Positions 1 to 14,159 of a DNA stretch of 64,000 bases are shown here, one piece after another (positions within the stretch are counted from its first letter, which is position 1; the number at the start of each line of letters is the position of its first letter). This DNA is from Octopus sinensis (taxonomy: Eukaryota): the NCBI RefSeq assembly GCF_006345805.1, contig NC_042998.1, positions 66,960,001 to 67,024,000 on the forward strand, in the 5' to 3' direction. The notes below the pieces were generated by a model. It saw only the letters and a list, made by a program, of their open reading frames with translations. It was not told the origin of the DNA and did no database searches. Position numbers and translations under genes: made by a program.

Positions 1-47
1 AGGCTGTACATTGGATTTACAGGGGTTTCTGTATAGATTCTGCTTAC

Positions 48-122
48 CTGTTTCCATCACAAAATATAGGTCAATACGAGAGGATCTAAATCTTTCGACA
101 CTTCTAAACATCCACTTCTAAA
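48..122 (-). other. Candidate exon (5'UTR plus ATG GAA ACA G, M-E-T, phase 1) of a gene running off the left edge
   Basis: Minus-strand acceptor TATTTCAG and donor CAG|GTAAGC. All three frames contain a stop if read from this acceptor, so it could only be a first-coding or UTR exon. Confidence 0.25.
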
Positions 123-519
123 CTGAAATATACAATGCATGTAAGCCTGTTCAGAACAATATTTTTATTAATAAGAAATTCCTAGCAACGTTACCAACAG
201 ATTTAGATCAGAAGATAAACGTGGGATTGGGAGCTCCGATAAAACCCTTGGGTATTTTCTAATATACTCATACATATACGTGTGTGTATATGTCGGTGTG
301 TGTATGAAAGAGAAAGGGAGAAAAAAAGAGTATGTGTGTATGTGTGTGTGTCTGTTGAAACCTACATTACAATTATAAATTGAACTATCACCTAGTTTCA
401 ATGACATAGTTTGAGATGCTATGTTTAAATAAATTACACTACATAAGTGTCGATTGAAAAGCATTCACATATTTAGATAAACAGAAAAAAAACAGCATGT
501 GTAGTCAGGTTTCAATAAA

Positions 520-735
520 TAAATATACATATATATATAATATAATATATATATGTATATGTATGTATATATTTATGTATATCATACATACATATACATA
601 TATAATATGATATATATATGTATATACACACACGCAGTTACACACACACACATATACACAGATAAATGTATACGTGTGTGCGTATGTCTGTGTGTTACTG
701 TGTGTGTGCGCAGCGCGTGTAGGTGTTTGTGTGAA
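520..735. repeat. Mixed (TA)n/(CA)n/(TG)n microsatellite block, representative of dozens in the window
   Basis: Visible dinucleotide runs that produce the YIYI/HTHT/VCVC pseudo-ORFs. Confidence 0.95.
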
Positions 736-1136
736 TTAGTGATTATAAACAAAGTGAAAGTATGACATGTGAATGTAACATATCATTGGTACTAGAATAA
801 TTTTTTTGAATAAAATAAAACATTATTCCATATTTTCCCATATATTTTACTCTTCTCTTCGAATATATTTTTTGGTTATAAAATTCAGTTCAAAATCGAT
901 TAAAATATTACAAGTGGAATTTTTCAGAAATTTTTAATTTTCGTAATAATAATTTTTTTCTTAAATTTTTCCAATATCATAATCTACTTTTTTTCAATAA
1001 TTAAAGGAAGTATCATTTTTGTTTTGTTTTATCATTTGTATCTTTTTTAACTATGTTCACTTTATACAGTTCTTTTCTATATTGGAATAATAAAAGTCTG
1101 GTTTTATTTTCAGTTATATTTGTCTCTATGTATTAT

Positions 1137-1183
<47 letters not shown>

Positions 1184-1802
1184 TATGTATATGGGGTGGG
1201 TGTATGTGTGTGTGTGCATGCATATATATAAATATATTTATGTAGGTATGCATATATACATATATATATATATATATATCTTTACACACATATCCGATAT
1301 TTCCTCTACAACATGCTCTTGTATACATGCTCGTATTTTTAATTTTCAATCCCAAAACACCAAACCATGTGGAATAGATTCCACATATTCCACGAGATAC
1401 TTAAATGTATTCCAATATAAGACTTTTTTGTGATTTGATTTATTGTAGTTGTTACATACACACATACACACATACACACATACCCACATACACGCATCTA
1501 CACACACATGCAAAACTTTATACTGACATATTCATACAAATACAACATTTTATTTTAAGCATTTGCTGTTTTGGTAAGCATTATTTCGAATAGTGTACGT
1601 TTCTGAGTTCGATCCTTGTAAAAAATACTTTGTGCAAATGCTTTATACTCTACGTCCGTGTTAACCTATGGGTTCTGAAAGAAATTCGGTTAACGGAATC
1701 AGTTTGAGGAGATTAAAGCAGATGTTAGTTTAGCGAACGACGTCTTTCACTGGTTGAACACAATCATTAGACATCTTTAACATTAAAAATGTACAAACCA
1801 TA

Positions 1803-1998
<196 letters not shown>

Positions 1999-2944
1999 AT
2001 CTAGGGGAGAAGCAGTAAATTACTTGATCTATTGTAAATGTTGTTATTACTAGTCGCGCTGTTGAATTGTAACTGAAATCCTTGACAAATGATTTCATTA
2101 TAATTCTGAGTAAATAGTTTCCCTCCATTGTACTTCATTTCCATGAACTTAGATATGAATGACCGACTGATCGTCACAATATTTAGCAATCAGTTAGATA
2201 TGAGAATTTTATGCGATTATCAAGTATATTGAGATAAAATCAAAAACAAAAAAACTTCAATAGTATATTTCTTTAAAAAATCTTAAATTGGCAAAAATGT
2301 AACTGAAATGAAAATCAGGAAATACAATTGAGGAAATAGTTCTATCTCTAAAGATAACAAATACATTTTTTGACATAGACATTGAATGTATAAACGACCG
2401 TGCATATTATTTAAATGATTCTATAGTCTATTAAGCCAAATAGGCTCTATATGATAAATTTATCTTTAGACGGGTACCTTAGAGCTTTCCTCAGACATGG
2501 TATATTATACGTATGCAAGAGAGAGGAGAACTCTCAACAGTGTAACGATGGTTCTGATGAAGTTCCTTTGTTCTTATACTATATCATAAATTCTTCTTAG
2601 TTGAGACAATATCTCTTAAATCTAATAATATCCAGCACGGCAATTTTTATTATGAATATTGTAGTACAGTGTCTTTATCCAATTGCTCAATGTGTTACAA
2701 ATCGCAACCAAGTATTCTCTTTTAAACTACCCTTCGGTTAAACATTAGACAATGTCACCTTTCCAAAAACGATGGGATGTCCAATGATTCTGATGTTATC
2801 TCAGGTATATTCGATCAGAGTTCTCCTAGAAATAAACAATAATATTAGGAACAACGACAACAATATTTCTACCCGTTTTTCACCGACTTTAAAGAGCAAG
2901 CTATAATAAAATGATTCAATTGCTGCCCACCAATAACTTTTTCT

Positions 2945-3184
2945 TTTCTACTCTAGGCACAAGGCCTGAAATTTTGGGGAAGGGGGCTAGTCGATTAAAT
3001 CGACCCCAGTACGCAACTGGTACTTAATTTATCGTCACCGTAAGGCCCGGGATTTTGGAGGAAGGGACCAGTTGATTAGATCGACCTCCGTACGCAACTA
3101 GTACGTAATTTATCAACCCCGAAAGGATGATAGGCCAAGTGGACCTCGGCGGAATTTTTTCTCATAGTGGGAAGACAGACGAAA
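2945..3184 (-). mobile_element. SINE family A (Meta-domain-like core), partial dimer with two type-B tails
   Basis: Degenerate ccccgaaaggatga..ggc.aagt.gacctcggcggaattt core and tail ctctaggcacaaggcctgaaatttt shared with 58215..58606. The tail-proximal module occurs twice. Confidence 0.8.
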
Positions 3185-4600
3185 GAAAAATCGAGTTTAA
3201 ATCAAGATAGTGTTATTTTAACCCTTAAATATGTCAAATATATGTTAGGAAACGCATCCCTCAAAATTGAGTATCCTAAAGACTGCGCCAACAACATTCT
3301 TGTTACATCAACTGAATATGGTGAAATATATATTTTCTGACATTCCGATTTCCAGATCAATCCCCACCAGCTACTACATTGTTTTGCATACCTCCAAGAA
3401 TCGATAAAAATAATTATTGGTTATAATCTTAGGTCCATTCAATCAGCGATGCTATTGAAGTTTCAGAATGTGTTCTGGTATTTTTTAACTTTCTGTTATT
3501 CAATTGCTATTAATGTAGCTATTATTCTTAGCAGTGCTGTCAACATTTCTTTTATGATTTTTTAAAATTTCCACCATTTTCGAGATTCTTTTCTATCAGA
3601 AGAAATTTTGCTTCAACATATAGAACTGAAAAATGTTAAATATTTGCAAACTTGTAGCGGCACATATACCCGCTCACAGGGACATACACACGCATTTAGA
3701 CACGTAGATAAAGGAATAATATATATATATGTATATATATATATGTATATATGTGTGTGTGTGAGTGTGTGTGTCAGCATGTATAAATTTATGTATGTAT
3801 GCAATCATACAGTGAAAAAGCGAAGCACACACAAGCACATGCTAGCTTTAGCGCGTGTGTGTACGTACATGTACGCGCACATGTATGGTTTGCATATATG
3901 CGTATGTACATATGTGCAATCTTTCATTCTATTGTTAGTGAAAAGGAAAAAAAACTTTGACATAATAGATATCATTTGCATACTGAATTACGTATTTAAA
4001 TTACACACGGATAATATTTTGGCTTCATTTCGTAAATGATAACGACTTAAAAGTACATTGGCAGGTATATTTCTTTTTAAACTAATATTAGTAAATATGA
4101 GACAGAATGAATGAACGGTTTCTGAAGAAAAAGAAAAAAGTAAAAAATCATTTGTAGAAATAAATATAATTGGAAGACAACTGCAGTGTTTAAGTACTTA
4201 ATTTGGAAAACAAGTGCTTACACCCGCTACTCTAAATTTATATATCACTACCAAAGAATTCGTATCTTTTAATTACGAACAGATGAAAAAAGCGTAATGC
4301 GTATCTTTGGATCGGCTCTTCATATACAAATACAGTATATATACATATTTTTAAAAGCGCATGTATGTTAAAAAAAAAGGGTTTGCATTTAACAGCTGTT
4401 TTTTAAATACCCACTTTTCAATATAGAGATAATTTTTTCACAAAGATACAAAAGGATTTCTGGTATGAAGGTCGAGACTTCGAACACATAATAGAGATAA
4501 TTATAGATGTGAGATTCTTCACATTTGTAAAATTCGTTATTCATACTATATTCATATATACATATAGATATATATACATACATATACATATATGTAAATG

Positions 4601-4649
<49 letters not shown>

Positions 4650-4652
<3 letters not shown>

Positions 4653-4801
4653 GACCGGTTTCTTTCAGTTTCCGTCTACCAAATCCACTCATTTTGGTTG
4701 GTCCGAGGCTATAGTAGAAACACTTGCCCAAGATGCCACGCGGTGGGACTGAACCCGGAGCCATGTGGTTAGTAAGCAAGCTATTTACCACACAGCCACT
4801 C
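4650..4801 (-). mobile_element. SINE family D 5' half (tRNA-like head, CORE-like cttgggcaagtgt), ending in its internal (TA)n
   Basis: Reverse complement matches 47635..47785. Confidence 0.85.
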
Positions 4802-4873
<72 letters not shown>

Positions 4874-4874
4874 C

Positions 4875-4933
<59 letters not shown>

Positions 4934-4959
4934 TTTATATATATATATATATATATATC

Positions 4960-5221
4960 AATTGAATAAAGGTACAGAATGGTTTGGTTTTCTCGTTTTT
5001 TATTATTGTATTTATTTATTCTTTTACAATGTTGAAGTGTGTTAAACATTAAAAAAGTATTTTGTATTGTTCATAAAGTTCAATTACAAACGTATGAAAG
5101 CGCTAATTGAACTTTATGAACATTGCAAATTATCTTTTTAATGTTTAATTCACTTCAATATTGTAAAAAATATTTTAAAACACAATAAAAAAACGTGGTT
5201 ATGTTGTAACTTTATTCAACT
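4960..5221. repeat. Long AT-rich inverted repeat (arms 4960..5086 and 5104..5221, 17-nt loop)
   Basis: Inner 19 bp perfectly paired (tgttcataaagttcaatta/taattgaactttatgaaca). Outer arms align with mismatches and indels. Confidence 0.9.
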
Positions 5222-5258
5222 CATATATTATTTTATACATATTTACACATACACACAC

Positions 5259-5289
<31 letters not shown>

Positions 5290-5291
<2 letters not shown>

Positions 5292-5490
5292 TCAAAATGT
5301 GACCGCGTGTGTACCGTTGGCGATCTTTTGTTCCTCCGTCTTCCCTTCTCCCGGATCTTTCTTTTCTTATGTTACTGATGAAGAGCCCTCCTTCTTCCTT
5401 CCTTCCTGAGCGTCCAATAATACTATATTTGATCCACGTCCTCACGTTGTTGTGTTTTCTCTTTGTGTTTTCATGTTTGGATTAACTTTA
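5290..5490 (+). mobile_element. Penelope-like (PLE)-derived repeat with 5' half of a hammerhead core (CTGATGAAGAGC)
   Basis: Homologous to the reverse complement of 6060..6222 (gttggcgat, aagagc, ctgagcgtc, ccacgt.ctc). The GCTCGAAAC half is deleted here. Confidence 0.55.
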
Positions 5491-5504
5491 TATATTATAT
5501 ATAT

Positions 5505-5535
<31 letters not shown>

Positions 5536-5755
5536 GAGTGTGTGTGTGTGTATGTATGTATAACTATCTCAGTCATAACGCCTGCCTGTGCTGAAAATGT
5601 ACCTTTCCTAAATAGAATGCAGTTCATATTCACGGTGTTTAAGGGTGTCATCCTGGTACTCAACTAAGAGTCCACCAAATATTATGGCAAACACAGCTCT
5701 AAGTTAATGACGTTTATTACATAACAGTCGGTTTTTCCGGTATCATATCTTTCTT

Positions 5756-5786
<31 letters not shown>

Positions 5787-5794
5787 ATGAGTGT

Positions 5795-6059
5795 GTGGAG
5801 GCGCAATGGCCCAGTGGTTAGCGCAGCGGACTCGTGGTCGTAGGATCGCGTTTTCGATTCCCAGACCGGGTGTTGTGAGTGTTTATTGAGCGAAAACACC
5901 CAAAGTTCCACGAGGCTCCAGCAACGGATGGTGGTGATCCCTGCTGTACTCTTTCGCCACAAATTTCTCTCACTCTTTCTTCTGTTGGCCTGCTCACTTA
6001 CCCAGCGGGGTGGCGTCATTTGAAGGCTAAAACAATGCGAAGTACATTGTGACTAGCGA
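5795..6059 (+). mobile_element. SINE family B (tRNA-derived head gtggaggcgcaatggcccagtggttag), 3' truncated
   Basis: Pol III A-box TGGCCCAGTGG and B-box-like TTTCGATTCCC. Matches the reverse complement of 54177..54486. Confidence 0.9.
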
Positions 6060-6220
6060 CAAAAAACAAACAATGCGAGCACGTGGTGCATGCAAAGACG
6101 CTCAGAAAAGGAAAGAAAGGGTACCTTAGGTTTCGAGCAAAGCTCTTTTTCAGAAACAGGAGACAGAGAAAAGTCCAAGAGAAAAGGAGGAAAAAAATCG
6201 CCAACAGTCCATATATCGTT

Positions 6221-6222
<2 letters not shown>
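6060..6222 (-). mobile_element. PLE-derived repeat with degenerate minimal hammerhead motif (6125..6157)
   Basis: Minus strand reads TTT CTGAAAA A GAGC TTT GCTC GAAAC CTA. It is an inverted copy of 5290..5490. Confidence 0.55.
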
Positions 6223-6478
<256 letters not shown>

Positions 6479-6869
6479 AATTTGAGAAATGGAGAGCGAA
6501 ATAGAGGTATCGTAAGAAACATTTCATTTAAGATTACATTCAACCATTAAATTTACGTTTCCAACATATTGAACACTAGGTTTATATTTTATTGAATAAG
6601 TCTTCATGTATCAGCATCGGATATTTAGTCTTGAGGGAAATAATATGAGTTGCAGTTGAAGTATTAATTTTAGACATAATTTCATTTCTGACTCTATTGG
6701 AGTCGCATACATTTTGTAAAACAGGAATATCAAAACTATATTCCAGTTAGTGATGTCGATATATAGATACACACCAACACCCACCCATACATACATACAC
6801 ATACACCCACAGATGTATACATGTATACTTACACACATACACACACATATATGTATATATATGTACGTA

Positions 6870-6920
<51 letters not shown>

Positions 6921-6931
6921 ACACATATACT

Positions 6932-6967
<36 letters not shown>

Positions 6968-8709
6968 CTTGCATATATATGTATATGAAGCATAAAAATA
7001 TTCCTATCGATCTATTTTGTAAGACCTGTAGTTCTCTGGTAAATAGAACATGAACTTATTAGCATATCTTTTAATATCGATTTCTTTTTAGTCGTCAGAA
7101 GATCACATTTACTTCAACTCTGCACAAAAAAGATGTATTCGATTGAATCAACCTTATAACATTACAGATACTTATTTTATTGAATCGAGTTGAATACGAG
7201 ACAAAGTATTTACCAACGAGAACTCGATCTAAGAATGTAGAACGAAGAAAGTAATATCACTGCACCGTGTTATGTATGCACGAGTGGTGATTTTGAGTGT
7301 ATATGTGTATGTATGTTTTAGGAATGACCATAGTGTACCTGCGTGGTATCTGCCAGTAATTCAAAAAGTCACTTCTGTTAACAAAAATTTGTGATTATCG
7401 GCGCTGAATATACTGAAGATCCGTTCGGTCTTTGGAAATATTGGCGCGTATGTTTACCTATGTATATATGTGCTTTAACATGTGTGTATGTGCACATACA
7501 TGCGCATGTATATATATATATAGCCGGATTTGTTCCAAATATTTGCGTCCTAACTTCAATTACCGCCACGGTTGAATTTTTATCGCCAAACGTTATGGTT
7601 TAGGTGACTTGATAAAACGGCAGAAAAGATATATTTCTATAGCTTCCGTTGTAGAAGCAAAGTCTACTACGAAACAGGTACTAAACTATCATTTCTAAAT
7701 ATTTCTGTGCAAATGTGATGAAAAGCAGAGTGTTGGAAACATGGATATTTGATAATAGTCTGCAGAAAATAAAAATCATTTCCCATTTCTGCGCCTTTGG
7801 GAGCAGATTTATGTCAGATAACGAAGACAGTTGAATAAAGAAGTTAATTTAACCCAAATTGCTGTTGATGTTATTGTTTATAGCCATATTATCCATGACC
7901 GAATATCTTTATGAGGGAAGAACATACAACAGTGACCATCATGCCTATTTATCTGACATAGAGTATCTAGAGCAGCACCATATTTCCTGTCCTCATTTTA
8001 GATCTCATTTTAGGCTATTTCTACCAAGCAATTCGATCACGTGAGAAGATCATCTTTTGAAGATTTAATATTTAGTTTTGAATACCCAGCGGCTTGTGAT
8101 GACTGAATAGGATTGTGACGAGTTTGACCGCTATTTCTAACAGGTTGAATGACCACGTTGAGACATAATTTTTGACACAATTGGAGATACAAACAAGTCA
8201 AAAGAAGTTCATTGACCAATTCATGTAATGAATGTTTCGAAAGAAACCGTACAAAGATTTCAATTATGTTGCTGTCTGATGATAATAGCTGTGATGTAGA
8301 TATTATGTCGTAGTCTTATTGGGTAAAACAATCTTTAAAATGTAAAAGGATATAAAGTTCTATCAAATAGAGCACAGCCAACAGCCACTAGCGAGTGAGT
8401 ATGACTTGCTAACATGCACCATGCTTTCATTAACTTCTTTAAGCGCTTATGCAATCGTGATATTACTTACACATTCTGTCGATTTTCGCGAACTTGATCT
8501 ACGTGCAGAATTATGAAACAAAAGGAGGGTTGAATGAGAACTCTACTAGAACTCATTGTGTAAGGTAGAGTTTCTTCCTGAAAGGTACAATATTCTGCCC
8601 GTCTAAAAGTTGAACCCCAAACTTTCTGATCATGGGACTCTTAAATACTTGGCCATCTAACTTCAGATGTAAATTACCACTATCTTTAATTTTGGAAACG
8701 AAGAAATAA

Positions 8710-9384
8710 TACGGAGAAAAGTCAAAAATTATATGCGCTTTCGTCATAATATCTTTATTATTGTCACACTACTTCCTACCCGTGCGTGCATATAGTTGGT
8801 ACTATTGTAGTCACGTGATCGACGTTTGAGCATGATCGCATCATTTTTCTTACTGGCTTTACAGTGTACACCAAAGAAGAACAAAGGGCAGTGATCCGAT
8901 TACTCTGGAAAAGCAGTGTACGATCAACAGAGAAAATATATTGTTTTGCTGGCCAACAGACTGAATTCAGCAATTCGCACCAAACGTCGAAGCTTATTGT
9001 CGAAGAAATTTTGTTGTTGCATGACAATGCACTCCTTCACATGGCCACCTACACCATTGAAACCATTGATCAATTGGGTTTTGAGGTGCTGGAACACTCT
9101 GTCTACAGCCCAGATCTCGCCCCATATTTTGGATCACTCAAAGATTGTTTACGAGGTCGTCGACTTCCTACGGATGAAGATGTCAAGGAAGCGGAGCATA
9201 AATAGTTGCACGACCACCGAAAACCTTCTTCTTGGAGGGAATACGCAAGCTTGTGGACTGCCGGACCAAGTGCATCGAAATGGAAGGAGACTATATAGAA
9301 AAATTACGTACTTGCTTAACCTCTACTCTTGTATTAATACATTGAAAAATCAAGAGTGCGTATAATTTTGGACTCTTCCTCGTA
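8710..9384 (+). mobile_element. Internally deleted mariner (Tc1/mariner) element with both TIRs and TA ends
   Basis: Left TAcggagaaaagtcaaaaattatatgcgct versus reverse complement of right end TAcgaggaagagtccaaaattatacgcact. Transposase pieces EEQRAVIRLLW, LLHDNA and YSPDLAP. Confidence 0.92.
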
Positions 9385-9421
9385 ATTTGCTAACATACAT
9401 TAATATATTTAATACCTATTA

Positions 9422-9476
<55 letters not shown>

Positions 9477-10431
9477 TACATTACTATAAATACTTATACA
9501 TTGGTTTTGGCATACCAACCCAAAGTGTTCAGCTGATACATATGTTATCGACCTTATTTCATCGATACTTATTTTATCGACTCCGACAGGATGAAAGTCA
9601 AATTCGACCCAGGCGGCATTCGAACACAGATCCTAAGAACATAAAGTCGAAAGCAATGCCTCCCATCAATGTTTTCAATTGTAACAGATTGCCGCCTAAT
9701 TTTATATATAATATATTATATATTAAATATTCATTTACCGTATTATATTAAACACGCTTAAACATTGTGAAAAATTTTGATTTTCGAAAAATCCTATTAC
9801 TCCAAACTTTCAAGTGGAATACCCAAATGTATTGAGAATACTACAGAGAATATATTTAATACAACTATTAAGAAAGTAAGTAGACCTTAGTCTGTTTGGT
9901 CTGCTGAAATTGTAACTGATTGTGTTAAAGTGGAAGTAATAGAGTATTTCATAGACATACCTATGCTTAATGCATGTTTCAGACAAAATCCAGCTGAGAG
10001 AATACAATTATATTGGTCCTCTGAATAACAGGAACAATGCATCGGGCGGTCTTCTCCAGTTCGAATTTAGTCAGTTTTACACTGCACAAATCGATCATGA
10101 TGTTTTATAAAAATATAATTTCACATCTATTATGAGATAAAGTTCATGAGGCATTATTCGAGCGCTAATTGAGTAGATAAATGTTCAAAGGATTTCAGTA
10201 TGGGCGCGTTTATATATGTGTATAGCTTCCTAAAAATAAGATGATTACATTAATTCTGCATTGTGTCTTTTCTCTTTGTTTTGAAAGAGGATGGGATTTT
10301 CAAGTGATGTGGCTGGTATTTTTAGCAGATTAATCGACCAAACTCCTGTAATTTCTCATGTGCGCCGGTAGTAAATTATTAATCAACTATCACATCAATT
10401 GGTGTCTGCGTAAATTATGCTTCACTTTAAG

Positions 10432-10474
<43 letters not shown>

Positions 10475-11189
10475 GGGGTGTACATGTATATATGTATATA
10501 TATATGTAGTTAGATAGATACAAAATACATGCATACAAACATACATACATACATATACATGCATGTATATATACATACATATATGCATTACACTAGAAAA
10601 ATACAAAATAAAGCATGCATGTGTTCAGCCGATAAGGATATCCGGGTTTTGTAGCCGTATCTGTTTTATTTATTTCTTTTTACTTTGTTGGATAACGAAA
10701 AATATATGCCTTATCGCATAGAAAAATGGTTGCAACTGGAATCTTATAAATTCAAACAAATGCCCATTCAACTTAATAACAGTAACCCATGCAACGCATT
10801 AAAGTGTTTTAACGACTAATTGGATATTTTGTTGTTCGTTTTTTTCCCTCTCATTATTTATTGTTCTTTTGTATTTTATATCATCATAATGATGCTGCAG
10901 ACAGTAAACATAGTGTTAATTAAAACTTAGGCATCGCTTTCGCTGGCAGAATAAAGCGCAATAAACGCTCTTTAAATAATTAAGAGACAGAAGGGGATAG
11001 AGAGATGTGATGGAGGGGTGTAACGTTCTTCTCCAGGCCATCTGCGCAATTTCCATACTTTTAACGTTACAGTACTGCAGTAATTGATATTTCAGCATTA
11101 GAATGTATGTAAAACGAAACTTGTATGGACAGAGACGCGAGTAAACAACAAACAATATGTGTTAGGCGCTCAACAAGAATAGAAAATGT

Positions 11190-11225
11190 CTTTGACGTTT
11201 CGAGCCAACATTCTTCTACAGAAAG
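11190..11225 (-). ncRNA. Minimal type-I hammerhead-like motif (A6>U variant) inside a PLE-like repeat (about 11100..11260)
   Basis: CTTT CTGTAGA A GAATG TTG GCTC GAAAC GTC AAAG: helix I CTTT/AAAG, palindromic ACGT helix III, GUC triplet; helix II imperfect. Confidence 0.45.
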
Positions 11226-11689
11226 GAATGAGGAAAGAACGTAATGAAGAGAAAGTATATATAATTAAACACGCACGCACACGCACGCACACACATATAT
11301 ATTGATATGCGCACATGCATATTGCATGATTGATAGATAAATGAAGTAAAATTGTAGAATAATGAATGAAACACTAACAGCTAAAGGAGATGTGTTATAC
11401 CAAGGGAGGGAATAAAGGAAGTGGTTCTAACGTTTCAGGTTAGACTCTTTATCAAAGAGAAGAAAGATTAAATAACTGAAGTAAGAGAAAAGAAATAGAA
11501 GCAATACGGAATGTAGGACCTCTGTTTACATTGCACGAGTACAGGCATATCGACCAGTAGAATATAGGAAAGATGGGGTCTCGTCTTGGAAGGAATTTAG
11601 CAGAATAAATGAACCCCAGTGCTCACATTTTGTTAAAATTTCTAGTATTTTCTCTATCTCTTACTTTATAGAACCGATGAGTTTTGGAA

Positions 11690-11915
11690 ATGCAAACAAA
11701 CCAAAAACGGTCGTCATGTGGAGGGAGTCTAACTCAACATGAAGACATACATATACACATCTATAAGATAAGCTTTGTTCAGTTCCTCTGTAATAAATAT
11801 GCTCGCAATGCTTTCGTGTGCCTGGTACTAAGGCAGAAGACACTTACCAATGTGGGGCTGAACCCGAAATAACGTTGTGAAGAATCAAATATTTTAGCTC
11901 ACACCTACGCCAGCA
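11690..11915 (-). mobile_element. Degenerate SINE family D copy
   Basis: agaagacactt.cc.a, gctgaacccg and cacacctacgcc resemble the reverse complement of 47635..47760. Confidence 0.55.
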
Positions 11916-12169
11916 CGAATATACATGTTTCTCTCTCCATCTCACTCCTTTTCTCTGTCTCGGTGCTCACACGTGACCATCGTCCATCTTTCTTTTTCTC
12001 GCGTAATCATCTTTCTTTTCTTTCAGGACTGTCCTAAGGACTGGAGTAAACTATCCCTCACTTCTATCTTTTCTCTTGTCAACGAAAGTATTGCTCAAGT
12101 GTTCGATATTTTACCCTCGTTCTGGTCTAACGACTCTCCATAATTGTTTTCATTGTGTCCTTGTATGTC

Positions 12170-12447
12170 TCCGCGGTCCTGCTTTTGTTCCCAAAATTGA
12201 CCCACAATAAATCCCAAATTTTATTTTGGTACCCATGGGAGCAACTGTCTTCGAAGACTCATATTGTCATTTAATGCTCGAAATGAGGAGTAGACAGACA
12301 GCCGACAACTGATGAAGTGTCGTTCTTTATATTGCTTGTCCTGTTTTCCATTTCCCCTCACTCTCTCTCTCTCTCTCGTAGTTTGTGTATTGAACTCATT
12401 TGTTTTCGTATTTCATGTCGTTTACTGTTGGTGACGCCCTTTACCCT

Positions 12448-12450
<3 letters not shown>
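12170..12450 (+). mobile_element. Dispersed repeat (PLE-like), third copy of the 32935..33520 arm
   Basis: Shares caaattttatttt, gcaactgt, cgaagac, tgaggagtaga, ccga.aactgatgaag and cgttctttat with 33275..33520. Confidence 0.65.
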
Positions 12451-12485
<35 letters not shown>

Positions 12486-13314
12486 CATATATTATTTATC
12501 GGGAATATATCACAATCTGTATCATTAACGAAACTCATTTCATCCTTCTGTGGTAAAAATTATTTTCATAGGAAGCTTAGAAAACAATTGGACGTAATTA
12601 AATACTAAAAATTATATAGTCAGGTGCCCGACCATTCCTATCACTCCACTGAATTGTTATATGATAAATGGTTTTGTAATAAACATGTGACATAATATAT
12701 GTAATTTTATCTGCATTGAAATTGCGTGTAAAGGTAGATAAGTCTAGATGGATAATCAGAACGTCACTAACTGTTTAGCTTAAGTTATCTATCATCTATG
12801 ATCCTCTTCGACACTAAATATCGTACGTAAAGAGAAAGTTAATCGATAACATATATGCAAATGAGTCATCGGAAAAAATAATTGACTATTGTGCTCTAAA
12901 ACTTTGCGCAGTCTATTGATCTACAAATACAAATAAAGATGAATCTGGAGACTTAAACACAATGATAAATAGATATAGGTTCAGAATACTAGTCTTGTAG
13001 TTTTATTGAATGTAACAGTGTATCTTTAGTCTAAATTTGACTTCAAGAACTGAGAATGACTACAAGAGAATAGTTTTCTTTTTTTTCCTTTTAGCTGAAT
13101 AAAGAAGCTAGGAAAAATATCAGTAAAAAACAAAGCCAAATCCATGAAAACTTAATAGGAGCGAAACGGCAGTTTAATTTTTGCAGTCGAGTAACAGAAT
13201 AACACACACGCACACAAAGCAGACGCGCACATACACATTCCGACACACACGCGTGCATATATATATATATATATCAGCGATAATAATTGATTTTATGTTA
13301 TCGTAATTTGACTT

Positions 13315-13380
<66 letters not shown>

Positions 13381-13609
13381 ATGTATGTATGTAGACATGT
13401 ATGTATGAGAGGTTTTGGTATTCAGAAGATCCAAAACGCAGGCAACGCTATGTATGTGCTACGGAAGGACCACTGTTGGTCTCTTGGTACGATAATAGTA
13501 TGAGTGAGGAGTCTAGCGCTGATCGTGTTTTGGTGTGTACAGGTTAAATAAATTGAGAAACAAAGCCAAGGCAGTGTGAAATTTCGGGGAATTTAATAAA
13601 GAGAAAGGT

Positions 13610-13657
13610 ATCTTACAGCTATTTCAGGTATATAAAATATATCCCACCATCAAAGAC
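13610..13657 (-). ncRNA. Decayed minimal hammerhead-like motif
   Basis: GTCT TTGATGG T GGGATATA TTT TATATACC T GAAAT AGCT GTA AGAT: helix I GTCT/AGAT, helix II hairpin, palindromic AGCT helix III loop. Core C3 and A9 are mutated. Confidence 0.45.
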
Positions 13658-14159
13658 GATATAAGAGGGTTAAATAGAAGACAATAGTAGATTTCAGTGT
13701 TAAGATCCAATATATATCTTTATTTTTATTCTCATATGTCCATTTGTATTAGCTATACCTTTATGTCAATAACTCCGACAGGGTTTTTTCTGAAGTAAAA
13801 TTTGATTTACATATTAGGCATTCACCAGTGTATTTAAGCTATTAATTTCATTCCAAATTATATAAACGTCTCTTCTTTATATTTCTGCAAGCGTTGACAT
13901 GATACGAAAAGGAATTATTTATAATATCTGCACTCTAATTTCATAATATATTTCGGTTTAGTTGTTTCTTATTTCATATCCATTTGTTATTTGCCGGTTT
14001 ATGTGACTGACGAGAAACAAATTTTTCCTTTGCACAGTCTATCTTTTTTTTGTGTGTGCCATTCTGTCAGCCTCTGTCTAAAGGTTTTTCCTACTTTTCT
14101 CACTGTCTTTATGCCTACATACCTACATACATACCTACCTACATACATACATTACATAT

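Noticed and set aside
10600-10735. Possible hairpin (cgataagg ... ccttatcg)
   Set aside because: Only a short stem can be followed, too little to call.
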